A DNA stretch of 64,000 nt from Methanomassiliicoccales archaeon (GCA_030612505.1 JAUWNU010000001.1:1233-65232); one strand, 5' to 3'; numbered from the stretch's first letter, positions 49,901 to 58,996 are shown. Notes: generated by a model not told the origin, from the letters alone. A program made the numbers and translations.

Positions 49901-50917
49901 TTTACGTTCGATAACATCGAGCAAAGAATTGATTCCTCTTGAGTGTGGTTCTCCCACCTTTTCATCAACAAGGTCTCTGAGATTGATAACTTGCTCTTTT
50001 ACTGATTCTATCATAAATGGAACCGTGACAACAACAATCTCACTGTGCGCGATGTTATTGGTCTCATCTGCTTCATAGAATGTCTCATCTGGGTCAACCA
50101 CTGCAAAAATCATGTATTCTCCTTCAAAGCCAGTAGTATTCCAATTCAGAGAGGCGGTCATCGGCTGAGAAAGTCCGTGAAATGAGGACATACGAGTTCC
50201 GATTTTATTGTCTTCGTCTACAAAATTCAAATAGAAAGAAACATTGACATCCGGGGCACCCTGGGCGGCCGTTATCACAGCAGTAACAGTAATAATTTCA
50301 CCTGCTTCGGGTCTGATATTTGAAAAGCTGACACCCCTCACTGATAAATCCTGTTCAATTCCCAATTCATCAAATTCTTCTTCCGGTGGCGGGGCATCTT
50401 CTGCAAATTCATCAATAGGCATGGAAAATTCTGATAAAGTATCTGGAGAACCCTCGGTAGACAAAAGACTATCAGCTGACGCTATTTTAGAATCCTGGCT
50501 GTTGAAATATAAATCTAATTTCTTCCCGAATCCTATGTGTTCAATAACAAACGTTTCATAAATCGTGCTGCCGTCACTGACCGCAGTAATCTGGATAGTA
50601 TCTCCAACTTCATAACCGCTTGGCAATTCTTCCAATATACATTCATACGCACAAGTTTCGTATACCTCTGCCTTAATGGATTCACCTGTTCTCAGATTTT
50701 CAATAGTAATGTCCACATTGCTTATCAAATTGCCATTCCCATCATAGACAAAACCATAAACATCAAAAGGTGGTATTGGAGCACCATTGTTTCCAGTCAT
50801 TCCTTGTGCCTGAGCTGTTGAGAACGCACTGAATATGAACAACATTACAACCAAACTCGCAAAAATCTTTGTCTTACTACCCACTTCCACACCGTTTCTC
50901 TTCACTTCTGTATTCAT
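40991..50917 (-). CDS. Giant secreted multidomain protein (3308 aa): signal peptide, CarboxypepD_reg-like and CARDB N-terminal module, PbH1 beta-helix repeats, S8 subtilase domain (about 46250-47200), a second long PbH1 repeat block, a PD40-like beta-propeller repeat block, and a C-terminal GWNL domain (about 41270-41800)
   Basis: Subtilase triad motifs VNISIVDTGLD (Asp, about 47100), HGTHCTGIVAGN (His, about 46960) and WCSGTSQACPHVAGGAALF (Ser, about 46350). Dozens of NNISxNxxGIY beta-helix repeats. Propeller repeats such as DKVVWRDSRDGNYEIYMYNL. Confidence 0.85.
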   Translation of the reverse strand: MNTEVKRNGVEVGSKTKIFASLVVMLFIFSAFSTAQAQGMTGNNGAPIPPFDVYGFVYDGNGNLISNVDITIENLRTGESIKAEVYETCAYECILEELPSGYEVGDTIQITAVSDGSTIYETFVIEHIGFGKKLDLYFNSQDSKIASADSLLSTEGSPDTLSEFSMPIDEFAEDAPPPEEEFDELGIEQDLSVRGVSFSNIRPEAGEIITVTAVITAAQGAPDVNVSFYLNFVDEDNKIGTRMSSFHGLSQPMTASLNWNTTGFEGEYMIFAVVDPDETFYEADETNNIAHSEIVVVTVPFMIESVKEQVINLRDLVDEKVGEPHSRGINSLLDVIERKLNLADNFYDNGKTAQAVNTLNHAVDSAFLVVDKISLLEKQGTINEADADMLILEVWSMINNLIETTDVMVDNPMSEDIANAEKSIAEIRVTGTIQLGRDNWWGIIDNKFSLALNKYQTAMKNLAEDKDIQAFLEAGEELLLETKDEIGDYVIKGRLPEIFGTWAIVKIDETRLIFPPDLTAIPQYIEIEGDLIKGEPSWIKIPVSNAGIVSAKDVQVDIYDELENGDKTLLSSSTISKIESGSEDFVTFEWTPETRGPHYLNIHIDPENKIGEANEGDNVIREGVWVIGGTIWWNSTHYVDTEERYNNVEIRLQDRYGLGGDLIINSTGRLIFEDNVTLRIDRIDPLESPLKIKLNHGGSFDILDRSIIVAKQESLSYKFFTNSWLNVTDNSSVRWMWGDISDLSKPGGIQALEGSKVNIAGSKIMEGTTHNIYVKDSSPTIMNSNVTKADLGHGIFVEGMSSPIIENCLIEDNVGEGIYLDSSIGRIVNNTIQYNQGNGTSVHNMISPYGEPTYIPGTDVGYFIWHDNAGWHLRMSGDGGTDYFNGTITASESFTNLNYFDFETGEGDTAGIGNPTSFNMNEGSGEDSLDFNITGGTVTFDLWLNDAYQTFTIFVGSSKANPVSVPFLLSEYTKIANNNISFNTGFGVSSILSNVPIIGNTITFNGQAGIVVSGGSPYISDNFVSATTYSGKGLPGSGGSIFSSPALLQLLNRRPQSQTQISLDSISFDTIEGEPLISSDLKIEAYPPGVDGLYLVQFSEPLTNEMIEQIEGLGATVYDSVPSNAFGVMMDETTKTSVENLPFIQWCGLYQPAYKISSKINRNLQNSTNVTVMIMNTDAVSDIVAEVTSLSNVVLKEWQFRDYYNMRIQINSDIVSKVAHIPEVYWIEPYMVPEIFDEVSDEIVGGSFPGYGSYVNSLGYNGTGVNISIVDTGLDTGVNGTMHEDLRGRVLGYIDYTEDDDTDGVAEDINGHGTHCTGIVAGNASIGTTDTNSYLYGLGVAPNAKILAQRIFGDSDSWEGPSNQELVKDAFIRGAVLGSNSWGSRSYGAYTLDDAEFDALVRDADNDTAGDQEYTMIFAAGNEGSAGAGSTGSPGNAKNVITVGASENYRLEGSSAADNPDEIAYFSSRGLTDDGRIKPDIVAPGTWIASLQTHDGSPSLVAAGYQNIDDDYQWCSGTSQACPHVAGGAALFIEYYRNLYGVDPSPAMIKAVLINSADDIGTPDIPNGNEGWGRMNLTNALEPVGTITHDDHQLLENGQWQEYKVTVTDTTQPLKITMAWTDPPGSPNAAKTLVNNLDLDVIAPDGTVYYGNQFSNGWSDSSLIQNDDINNIECVYINPSELLVGTYIVRVIAVSLLEDSISATSAIDQDYAIVLNYHGTPTSKGIVEFDKTAYQSNSTAGINLVDADLTAIPNIMINLASSPTGDLLQSTLTETVSGSSYFTGSATLEYGDSNPPDNILQVKSGDTITVEYEDADDGTGSPATAIDTAIIDDTMPIISNIAVTRLSYGTVAITWDTDESSDSTVIWGDNVPPLTTASNPRKTTAHIVFLTNLLHGVTYYFAVQSKDVADNIAIDDNSGEYFKFVVMFDFDVGSGIVVIGDSSPHITKNNLTDNYHGIVVGKDSSSNIEANNINYNWNDGIQINEAATSLIIANNNNISSNPRGIYVNNSAPTIENNDIGWNTIGISVAILASPSIIGNTIISNTNYGVYSNSASPVLRDGNNISLNNVRGIYLEGGGLSTVDNNTISLNYQGIFVIRSMAIITRNHINSNDGIGILTGWWSQSTITDNTIQLNLVGIKSTSSDTSLISGNNITSNDNCGIYIQSSGATIAGNNITSNGYGYTSGAGIRDQGSHAIVEDNNILLNRYGCYMVWSSSTEVIRNNISSSNTYGIYLFASWPSISYNNIFSSNTYGIYMYGGKRPTTISHNNISGSSSNLIYCYDSLANIKNNTFIQSGTGHVVYAYGSTSTTYTCYPVIQENNITGTGTQRGIGIYGTAKTTIENNTISLFSYGIYINSNEEPMNITGNNIRLNNYGIFCDSSHPSIMNNNISQNIAYGIYSRSSGPYIANNIISINGYGVYFENSSYSPELSINCLSDGSRKRDFGFFNPESYLNPLPTLTVPNRAIILDESTFVISGESLGTSVEVVSNPAGMGQHYAHVWEDRVYWLDKREGVYSLFTYNISTMEEEYLVDVGSNIMAIQGALWDDQYVWIYENHLYSYNISADIVTELSNKVSRGYSTSIHNDKVVWRDSRDGNYEIYMYNLTSNEETRITNNLEIDDAPCIFGNKIVWHKYLGWEYAIYLYDLGLNGVFEDGGGDDSEKWITPLGSGTINTSPSIHNNFIAWQSDKDGVTSDNWWNIYVFNLSNNETVKITNAHNNVQPEIWGDKVVYQIINAVPGPFGVAIYDISDGNTTILSLTAGISPNPSQSIHGNIVAWQEMCEEEQTTHIHFVDMRIFGDDIFSSNVKLDIGDDGVEDWVYSGEFNEIVFINETDNGLVSLLNSRVSGTGLGDVTIPLNVSVDEQGKIVLENINIKYVLRTELRNNIISDTVNDAIYCYDSSFLIVNSTITNSTGYDFSIGGDSHPVSLNTTFNKTNTIYWDASSNLTVQWFLHVKVLYESLEPTSNATVWVNDTSHNLVELRTTNINGRTNWVICTEYVENSITRTLSTPHYATATYENLIGYATPNAYMNQSKEVIIILSEPFLLPLHEGWNLISLPNIQFDPYIRSAFYTIEGEWDRARWFDTRLDYWKSYNIYKPEYQNNLLYINHTMGIWIHATANTTLAVMGSKPIITEIPLYYGYNLVGYPSYNDRLASDALSGLPVGSIAVYDSTAPMLIRDVYDLTTVTMTAGEGYWVKVTDNCTWTVISDTIPPQHSNEYPPPDGASTNTTPVISIHITDMFGVEVSTIRLYVSAFSVFYDLDPITDGYNVSYYHEAGFAPGTTVVCQIVAEDIYGNVLDYTWEFTVPP

Positions 50918-51062
50918 CTAAATTCCTCCCGACAACAAGATGACTAAAAAACGCCCCCTAACCTGACCCTGATGATGTTATACATGCAAAAAACTTTCTA
51001 TGAAAAAACAGCATGTTAAAAAGTAATATACTGGAAACGATAGAAAATCTAATTAAGAAGTT

Positions 51063-54000
51063 ATGAGTTATATTCATTACATGTGCGGGAAAAGAGTGTC
51101 AGTAATTCTTTCGATTATTCTTGTTATCATTCTTATTTTACCTGTTGTGAATCTTTCAGCAAACAAGCCAGAGCAAAAACCAACTCCTAAAATGAATCCA
51201 GTAAATAATGAAGCTTTCGGTTTTCCACCTGGCTGGTCTGACGACATTCAATTGACTTTCATACCTGGGTTGGGGTCGAATGTACGGGCTTCCATGATAA
51301 CAAATAGGGATGTCATCCACATTGTTTGGGAGAATATGACAGATGGCCATATCGGATACTGCCGTAGCGAGGATGCTGGAAGGACGTGGACAGAGCCTAG
51401 AATCATAACCTCTGGAAATGTGGCAGGGAACCCAAGGATTGCCATAAACGGTTCCCATATACACGTTGTATATGAGAAGGATACTGGCTTCACATCTGAA
51501 ATCATGTATCAGAACAGCACTGACAATGGTGAGACATGGAGTTTACCTGTGATGTTGTCCCTCAATGACGGAGTTTGGTGCGCAATACCAGACATTGCCG
51601 TTGATGGCGATAACATTCATGCGGTATGGGAAGATGAAGATGCAAGCGGACCCGGAATTTATGAGATTATATATCGCAACAGCACAGATGGAGGAAAAAC
51701 TTGGAATTCACAGGTTCAACTAACCAATTATCCAGGAGGTTCTGATGCATCAGCAAAAATCGCCATTAATGAGTCTGTAGTTCATGTGGTCTGGGGAAGG
51801 TTCGTTACTGCCACAGGCAGTTTTGAAACAATGTACCGCCGCAGCCTGGACGGAGGCTCAATCTGGGAAGCTGAAATGCAGATAACAAAACCAGGTTCTG
51901 GACATTCCTATGCCCCTGATCTGGCAGTGAACGGCTCCAATGTTTATGCAATCTGGATGGACAGCAGGGATGGTTCATGGGAAACGTATATCAACACCAG
52001 CTTCGATGATGGCCAGACTTGGAATGGAGAAATAAGGTTGACCGATGTTGATGGCCGCAACTCATTTGGGGCTCATGTAGGTGTCTGGAATGAGACTGTT
52101 TACGTTGTCTGGGGAGACCCGAGGGACGATTACCCATACCCGGAAGCGCATGAAGCCTACATGAATTATAGTTTTGATGGCGGTGTTACCTGGCAGAGTT
52201 CGAATGAGAGATTACAATTTGCTCTGAATAACTCCGGGCCAAATGATATTGCGCTGACAGAGAACTATATACATGTAGTCATGAAAGACAATAGGACAGG
52301 AAAACGAGAAATATATTACAAACGCTACCCCGACTTCCAAACAGATACCACAGCTCCTTCAATAGTTCATACTCCAATCCCAAACACACCTATTGGCCAG
52401 CTGATCAATATAACAGCAAAGGTTTCTGACAATGTGGCACTCTCAGAAGTATGGCTTAACTATACTGGCATTAATGGAACCAATTACAATGTTTCGATGA
52501 CCGGCTGGGATCAGAAAAAGGTCATGGTTTCTGGATTGGGGCAAACACTCTATGCCCAGGATGGTAATTATTCATTTGAGATTCCTGCGCAGAATGGTGT
52601 TGGTGTGGTTAGCTATTACATTTGGGCTGAAGACGTGGAAGGAAATTTTAAAAATTCTCCTTGGGGCGGTAGTTATTTCGTACAGGTAACAGGGCCGCCG
52701 AGCATTGAAGTTACAAATCCCGTAGGTGGAGAAATTTGGACTGGCGGGAGCAATCACCAGATTGAGTTCACCGCTTCAGATTCAGAGGACGACCCTGCCA
52801 ATTTGACCGTCTTCCTGAATTATACCTCCGGTGCTGGCGGAGCGATTGCCATACTTCAAGGGAATCAGACACCTTATTCCTGGACATTGCCTACTATAAA
52901 TGCGATTGATGTGAAGGTCAACGCCACTGTGGTTGACAGAGATGGAAACAAAGCCTACGGTGATTCTGAAATGTTCGAGATTGATACTTCCTTGCCAGAG
53001 GCCGTCTCGACAATGCCAGCCAATGGCACAACAGGAGTTTTCATCTATCAGTCTGTTGTCATCCAGTTTAACGAACCAATGAACACCTCCACCGTTACAG
53101 CGGCACAAACAGGCGGGATCGACCCAGGCAGTTGGTCATGGTTCTGGAATGTGGATAAGGACACGATTACTGGCATACATGATGCGTGGTCTAGGGGAGA
53201 TATTATTGAGATAACTGTTCAACCAAATTATAAAGATGATTCTGATCAGGGAAATGCTAACAGCACATCCTGTGTTTTTTCGTTCACAACCGAAACCAAT
53301 CCGTCACCTGAGATAGTCCACACAAATATTTCAAGTCCGCAGGAACTGGGGGATGAGATTAGAATAAACGCTACAATCACAGATGACAGTACAGTGATGA
53401 ACGCTGTTCTATGGTGGCAAGATATTGATGGTGTTTGGCATGAAAATTATATGAGCAAAAATGGCGATGATTGGGAGTATTGGATTCCTGGCCAGATGGC
53501 AGAAGGAAAAATAAGTTATCAAATCAATGCAACAGACGATTTACAGCAGAAAAATACCACGATAATCTATGAATTTAATGTTGAAGATACAACGCCACCA
53601 GTTATTGTTCATACACCTGTTGAGAGTGTATTAATTAATGAATCAATTAACATCACTTGCCAGGTTAGTGATTTAGGCGGGGCGAATGCTTCAGCGGTGT
53701 ATCTCTTTTACAAATGTGCAGGCGAGACTGATTATACCCAAGTAACGATGAATCCAGGATTTTGGTATGAAATACCAGCACAATCAATTCCAACCACAAT
53801 TGAATATTATCTTCTGGCTTCTGATTTCTATGGTAATAATGCTTCTACCTCTCTTTACTCTTTTGATGTAATTGATACATCCATACCAGATACTACACCG
53901 CCAGTAATTGCCCATACACCTGTTGAAAGCGCTGTTATTGGCGAATCGATAAACATCAGTTGCCAGGTTATTGACCTGGATGGAGTGGATATTGTCTATC

Positions 54001-54605
54001 TGAATTACAAAAATGAAAGTGATGTAAATTTCATCCAAGTAACAATGAATCCTGGCTATTGGTTTGAATTGCCCGCTCATTTTCTGCCAACAATAATCGA
54101 GTATTATATTCAGGCTTTTGACATATCTGGCAACGAGGCAGCAACACAAACTTACAGCTTGGAAATAATTGACCCATCTGTTCCAGATACAATGCCACCA
54201 GAAGTATTGCTAGCAACTCCGACAGGAGATAATTTTCCCATCTCAACGAGTATTTCAGTTGTGTTTAGCGAATATATGAATACGACCTCTGTGGAAGGTG
54301 CAATATCGATTTCGCTAGACATTTCCTTTAGCAGTTCATGGGCTAATAATCAAACTTTAGTTCTATCATTCACTGGCAACCTTTCTTACGACACTACTTA
54401 CACAGTTACAATAGATTCGGGAGCAAAAGACCTGGCAGGAAATACTTTGGCAAGCGATTATTCGTGGCAGTTTACGACATTAGGTGAACCAGAGGTAGTA
54501 CAACCCACAGCATCTAATGATTGGGGCTGGATTGGGATTATAATCTTTCTGATTTCGTTTATTGCTTTAATTCTAATTCATGGAGTTTACAAAGAGGAAT
54601 TGTGA
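51063..54605 (+). CDS. Surface protein paralog 1 (1180 aa): signal peptide, 7 Asp-box (BNR) propeller blades, Ig-like domains, Big_5 domain, C-terminal TM anchor
   Basis: Asp-boxes SEDAGRTWTE, STDNGETWS, STDGGKTWNS, SLDGGSIWEA, SFDDGQTWNG and SFDGGVTWQS. Big_5 segment PPEVLLATPTGDNFPISTSISVVFSEYMNTTSV. Ends GWIGIIIFLISFIALILIHGVYKEEL. Confidence 0.85.
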   Translation: MSYIHYMCGKRVSVILSIILVIILILPVVNLSANKPEQKPTPKMNPVNNEAFGFPPGWSDDIQLTFIPGLGSNVRASMITNRDVIHIVWENMTDGHIGYCRSEDAGRTWTEPRIITSGNVAGNPRIAINGSHIHVVYEKDTGFTSEIMYQNSTDNGETWSLPVMLSLNDGVWCAIPDIAVDGDNIHAVWEDEDASGPGIYEIIYRNSTDGGKTWNSQVQLTNYPGGSDASAKIAINESVVHVVWGRFVTATGSFETMYRRSLDGGSIWEAEMQITKPGSGHSYAPDLAVNGSNVYAIWMDSRDGSWETYINTSFDDGQTWNGEIRLTDVDGRNSFGAHVGVWNETVYVVWGDPRDDYPYPEAHEAYMNYSFDGGVTWQSSNERLQFALNNSGPNDIALTENYIHVVMKDNRTGKREIYYKRYPDFQTDTTAPSIVHTPIPNTPIGQLINITAKVSDNVALSEVWLNYTGINGTNYNVSMTGWDQKKVMVSGLGQTLYAQDGNYSFEIPAQNGVGVVSYYIWAEDVEGNFKNSPWGGSYFVQVTGPPSIEVTNPVGGEIWTGGSNHQIEFTASDSEDDPANLTVFLNYTSGAGGAIAILQGNQTPYSWTLPTINAIDVKVNATVVDRDGNKAYGDSEMFEIDTSLPEAVSTMPANGTTGVFIYQSVVIQFNEPMNTSTVTAAQTGGIDPGSWSWFWNVDKDTITGIHDAWSRGDIIEITVQPNYKDDSDQGNANSTSCVFSFTTETNPSPEIVHTNISSPQELGDEIRINATITDDSTVMNAVLWWQDIDGVWHENYMSKNGDDWEYWIPGQMAEGKISYQINATDDLQQKNTTIIYEFNVEDTTPPVIVHTPVESVLINESINITCQVSDLGGANASAVYLFYKCAGETDYTQVTMNPGFWYEIPAQSIPTTIEYYLLASDFYGNNASTSLYSFDVIDTSIPDTTPPVIAHTPVESAVIGESINISCQVIDLDGVDIVYLNYKNESDVNFIQVTMNPGYWFELPAHFLPTIIEYYIQAFDISGNEAATQTYSLEIIDPSVPDTMPPEVLLATPTGDNFPISTSISVVFSEYMNTTSVEGAISISLDISFSSSWANNQTLVLSFTGNLSYDTTYTVTIDSGAKDLAGNTLASDYSWQFTTLGEPEVVQPTASNDWGWIGIIIFLISFIALILIHGVYKEEL

Positions 54606-54674
54606 GTTAGTCTCTTTTCAATCATTAGTGAATCCGAGCGGATTCGCATTCGGCGGTAAGAACGCTTACTACTT

Positions 54675-55229
54675 TCATCCAAATTCATCCAATTCTTCTT
54701 CCGGTGGCGGGACATCTTCTGCAAATTCATCAATGGGCGCGGAGAATTCCGATAAATTATCTGGAGTGCCCTCGGTAGACAAAAGACTCTCAGTTGATGT
54801 TATTTTAGAGTCCTGGCTGTTGAAATGTAAATCCAATTTAGTCCCGAATCCTATACGTTCAACAATAAATGTTTCATAAATTGTGGTGTCATCATTAACC
54901 GCAGTAATCTGGATAGTGTCTCCAATTTCATAGCCGCTCGGCAATTCTTCTAAATCACATTCATATGCACAAGTCTCATAGACATTTGCCTCAAGCGTCT
55001 CAGTGGTTCTAAGGTTTTCAATTGCAATCTCAACATCGTAAACAGGATTGCCGTTCTCGTCATAGATTTGCCCATAAAGCACATAAGGCGGTGTCGGCAC
55101 TCCTTCATTTTCTGCCACTCCCTGCGCCTGAGCGGTTGAGAATGCACTGAATATGAACAGTGCCACAATTAAGCTCGCAATAGTCTTTGTTCTAGCCCCC
55201 ATGATATTTGATTTTGTATTTTTCGTCAT
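54675..55229 (-). CDS. Secreted CarboxypepD_reg-like domain protein (184 aa), a truncated paralog of the giant protein's N-terminal module
   Basis: Signal ASLIVALFIFSAFSTAQAQG. YGQIYDENGNPVYDVEIAIENLRTTETLEANVYETCAYECDLEELPSGYEIGDTIQITAV aligns with the first 180 residues of the 40991-50917 protein. Terminates after the acidic linker PPPEEELDEFG. Confidence 0.75.
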   Translation of the reverse strand: MTKNTKSNIMGARTKTIASLIVALFIFSAFSTAQAQGVAENEGVPTPPYVLYGQIYDENGNPVYDVEIAIENLRTTETLEANVYETCAYECDLEELPSGYEIGDTIQITAVNDDTTIYETFIVERIGFGTKLDLHFNSQDSKITSTESLLSTEGTPDNLSEFSAPIDEFAEDVPPPEEELDEFG

Positions 55230-55405
55230 TTTCCTACCCCCTGATATGATGGTTAATATTGCAAGGGCAATCGCATTGGTGAGATATAAAATCTTGTGAA
55301 TGCACGATAATATTGTGTAAAGAAAAAGGATGTTTTTATGACGAAAACCTATAGTTTGTAGTTAAAGAGACAAAAGTATTTTAGGAATGATGCGAATGGA
55401 GATTT

Positions 55406-58400
55406 GTGTTGAAAAAATCGATAGGAAGAAAACGGCAGATCTTTCTAGTATCTGCAACTACATTCGTAATCATTACCTTGTTATTGAGTTCTATGGTAGT
55501 TATAATTTTCCCTCAAAATACTGCCAAACAGATTGATAATGTGATTAATACATTTCCACCGGGTTGGACAGATGACATTCAAATGACCCTCTTAACAGAA
55601 TTGGGCTCTCAAATAAGACCCGCTCTTGCATCTGAAGGAGAGGTTATTCATTTAATCTGGGAAAATAGGTCAAGTATCCATAAATTGGAATATAGACGAA
55701 GCAATGATGCGGGAAGGACATGGACAGAAACTAGAATGATTACTTCGGGGGAAGTGGGTAATCAGAAAATAGCCATTAATGGATCTCAGATTCATGTCGT
55801 TTATGAAAAGGACTTTGGTATCGGTTTAGAAATAGTATATCAAAATAGTACGGACAACGGGGATACCTGGAATGCTCCTGTGATGTTAACTCCCAATGAT
55901 GGAATTTGGACCCAGCTCCCTGATATTGCGGTTATCAATGACACGATTCATATAGTCTGGGAAGATGAAGGCACAAGTGCTCCTGGAAGTTGTGAAATAT
56001 TCTATCGCAACAGCACAGATGGAGGAATATCTTGGAATCCAACGATTCAACTCACAAATTACCCTGGGGGGTCAGATACCGAGGCAAAAATCGCTGTTAA
56101 CGGCTCTATAGTTCATATAACCTGGGGTAGATTTGTTACGGGGACGGGGACGTTTGAAGCAATGTATCGACGAAGCCTAGATGGAGGTTCAACCTGGGAG
56201 GCAGAAAAGCAGATAAGCCTACCAGGATCTGGACATTCTGAGCCTAGCGACCTCGCCGTGAATGGCTCCAGCGTTTACACAATATGGATGGACAGCAGGG
56301 ATGGATCGTGGGAGACATATATTAACTCCAGCTTTGATAACGGCCAGACTTGGAATGGCGAAATGAGACTGACCGATGCCGATGGTCGGAACTCATTTGG
56401 CGCACATGTTGGTACATGGGATCAAACTGTTTATGTTGTCTGGGGAGACCCAAGAGACGATTATCCGTACCCAGAAGCGCACGAAGCGTACATGAACTAC
56501 AGTTTTGACGGCGGTGTAACCTGGCAGAGTTCGAATGAAAGATTACAATTTGCCCTGAATAATTCCGGGCCTGGTGACATTGCCCTAACAGAAAACTCTG
56601 TACATGTAGTCATGACAGATAATAGAACAGGAAAAAAGGAAATTTATTACAAACGTTATCCTGATTTCCCAGCAGATATTGCGTCACCATCTATAATCCA
56701 TACACCCACCTCAAGCACACCTATAGGCCAATCAATCAATATCACAGCCAAAGTTACTGATAATGTGGCCCTCGCAGATGTCTGGTTGAATTATACCAGC
56801 GTGAATGGGACAAATAACAATGTTTCTATGACTGGCTGGAATCAGAAAGAAGTCATGGTCTCGGGGTTGGGACAAACACTCTATGCCCAGGATGGTAATT
56901 ATTCGTTTGAGATTCCTGCTCAGCAAAGTGCTGGTGTCATGAATTATTATATTTGGACAAATGATACCAGTGGAAATGAAAACTGGATTGGGACTTATCA
57001 GGTTCAAATTTTTGACATGACCAAGCCAATAATCAATCATGTTCCTGTAGCTTCTTCAAAAATAAACGAGCCGATTGATATAGGTGTAAATGTGACTGAT
57101 AACGGCGAGGTTGCGAATGTAACTCTATACTATGAAAATGTGGGCGTTACGACCTATACAGCCGTTGACATGACTCCCGTATCCGGCAATTGGGCTGCAA
57201 CAATCCCAGCACAAAATGAAACTGGCTTGGCTCATTACTTCATATGGGCGAACGATACGTCTGGGAATAATGTAACTGATCCATTAATGGGAAGCCATGC
57301 GGTTCAGATAACTGGGCCCCCGAGCATTGGGGTTACAAATCCAGTAGGTGGTGAGGATTGGACTGGCGGGAGCAAGCATTTGATAGAGTTTGTTGCGTCT
57401 GATACTGAGGATAATTCCGAGAATTTGACGGTGTTCCTGAATTATACATTTACTACTGGCCAAGGTGATATTGCCATCTCGATAAAAGGGGATGAATCTC
57501 CATATCTTTGGACGTTGCCAAATATCGATGCGACTGATGTTGTTGTAAATGCCACAGTTGTTGATTCTGATGGGAATAAAACCTATGATGATTCGCCAAT
57601 ATTTACGATAGATTCTTCACCGCCAGAAGTAATTTCGACTAATCCAGTAAATAATACAACAGGTATTTCTATTTTCCAGCCGATAGTAATTCAGTTCAAT
57701 GAAAAAATGAATATATCTTCGGCTGTTGTAAATCAAACGAATGGTACTGACCCTGGTGGTTGGTTTTGGTTCTGGAATCAGGACAAGGATACAATTACAG
57801 GGATTCATGATGCCTGGCTCAGAGGAGATAATGTAGAGATAACAGTCCAGATAGGATACAAGGATGATTCTGAACCTGGAAACATCAATAACACTGCTTA
57901 TGTTTTTTCATTCACAACTGAAACAAACCCTTCGCCTGAGATAAACCATATGAATATTTCAGTCCCACAGGAATTGGGTGATGCAATAAGAATTAATGCA
58001 ACAATCACAGATGATGGCACAGTGATGAACGGTGTTCTTTGGTGGCAGGATGTTGATGACATCTGGCATGAGAATTATATGGATAAAGATGGTGATGATT
58101 GGGAGTACACCATACATGCTCAAATGGCTGTGGGTAAAGTCAAATATCAAATCAATGCAACCGATGACTTTGAGCAGAAAAATTCAACTATTATTTACGA
58201 GTTCGATATTAGAGATTCAACGCCTCCAGTTATTATCCATACGCCTGTTGAAAGTGCAGTTATTGGTGAGGCGATAAACATCACCTGTGAGATTATTGAT
58301 TTAAGCGAGGTGAATATAGCATACATGACATCTGGGGTGTTTTTTGTTTACAGATACGAAGGCGACACTGGCTTCACATATGGAGTGATGAACCCGGGTT

Positions 58401-58957
58401 ATTGGTATGAATTACCAGAACATTCTGCGCCAGCCACAATCGAGTATTACATCCAGGCATCTGACATTTATGGCAACGTTGCTTCAACACAACTTTACAC
58501 TTTAGAAATAATCGCCCCATCTTTCCCAGATACTATACCGCCAGAGATATTGCTCGCAACTCCAACTGGTGATAATATTCCAATATCAACGGAGATTTCA
58601 ATAGTGTTTAACGAAGCTATGAATCAATCTTCCGTGGAAAACGCAATCTCGATTTCACCGACAATAACTGGTATCAGTTACACGTGGCTGAACAATCAGA
58701 CATTAGTTATTGATATTTCAGGTATTCTTTCATACAATTCAACTTACACAGTTATGATAGATACAGGAACAAAAGACCTGGCTGGAAATACTTTGGAGAA
58801 CGATTATTCATGGCAATTTACGACGGTTGAAGAACCGGAGATTATTCAACAACCAGCGTCAAATAATTGGGGGTGGATTGGGATTATTATATTTTTGGCT
58901 ACAATAATAATGTTGATGTTGTTCTATCAGTTTAACAAGGAAAAAGAGCTGGAATAA
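55406..58957 (+). CDS. Surface protein paralog 2 (1183 aa), same architecture as 51063-54605
   Basis: Asp-boxes SNDAGRTWTE, STDNGDTWN, STDGGISWNP, SLDGGSTWEA, SFDNGQTWNG and SFDGGVTWQS. C-terminal GWIGIIIFLATIIMLMLFYQF anchor. Confidence 0.85.
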   Translation: MLKKSIGRKRQIFLVSATTFVIITLLLSSMVVIIFPQNTAKQIDNVINTFPPGWTDDIQMTLLTELGSQIRPALASEGEVIHLIWENRSSIHKLEYRRSNDAGRTWTETRMITSGEVGNQKIAINGSQIHVVYEKDFGIGLEIVYQNSTDNGDTWNAPVMLTPNDGIWTQLPDIAVINDTIHIVWEDEGTSAPGSCEIFYRNSTDGGISWNPTIQLTNYPGGSDTEAKIAVNGSIVHITWGRFVTGTGTFEAMYRRSLDGGSTWEAEKQISLPGSGHSEPSDLAVNGSSVYTIWMDSRDGSWETYINSSFDNGQTWNGEMRLTDADGRNSFGAHVGTWDQTVYVVWGDPRDDYPYPEAHEAYMNYSFDGGVTWQSSNERLQFALNNSGPGDIALTENSVHVVMTDNRTGKKEIYYKRYPDFPADIASPSIIHTPTSSTPIGQSINITAKVTDNVALADVWLNYTSVNGTNNNVSMTGWNQKEVMVSGLGQTLYAQDGNYSFEIPAQQSAGVMNYYIWTNDTSGNENWIGTYQVQIFDMTKPIINHVPVASSKINEPIDIGVNVTDNGEVANVTLYYENVGVTTYTAVDMTPVSGNWAATIPAQNETGLAHYFIWANDTSGNNVTDPLMGSHAVQITGPPSIGVTNPVGGEDWTGGSKHLIEFVASDTEDNSENLTVFLNYTFTTGQGDIAISIKGDESPYLWTLPNIDATDVVVNATVVDSDGNKTYDDSPIFTIDSSPPEVISTNPVNNTTGISIFQPIVIQFNEKMNISSAVVNQTNGTDPGGWFWFWNQDKDTITGIHDAWLRGDNVEITVQIGYKDDSEPGNINNTAYVFSFTTETNPSPEINHMNISVPQELGDAIRINATITDDGTVMNGVLWWQDVDDIWHENYMDKDGDDWEYTIHAQMAVGKVKYQINATDDFEQKNSTIIYEFDIRDSTPPVIIHTPVESAVIGEAINITCEIIDLSEVNIAYMTSGVFFVYRYEGDTGFTYGVMNPGYWYELPEHSAPATIEYYIQASDIYGNVASTQLYTLEIIAPSFPDTIPPEILLATPTGDNIPISTEISIVFNEAMNQSSVENAISISPTITGISYTWLNNQTLVIDISGILSYNSTYTVMIDTGTKDLAGNTLENDYSWQFTTVEEPEIIQQPASNNWGWIGIIIFLATIIMLMLFYQFNKEKELE

Positions 58958-58996
58958 GCTATCCCCAGATATTCCATCAACGCTTTCTCTCGTTCT

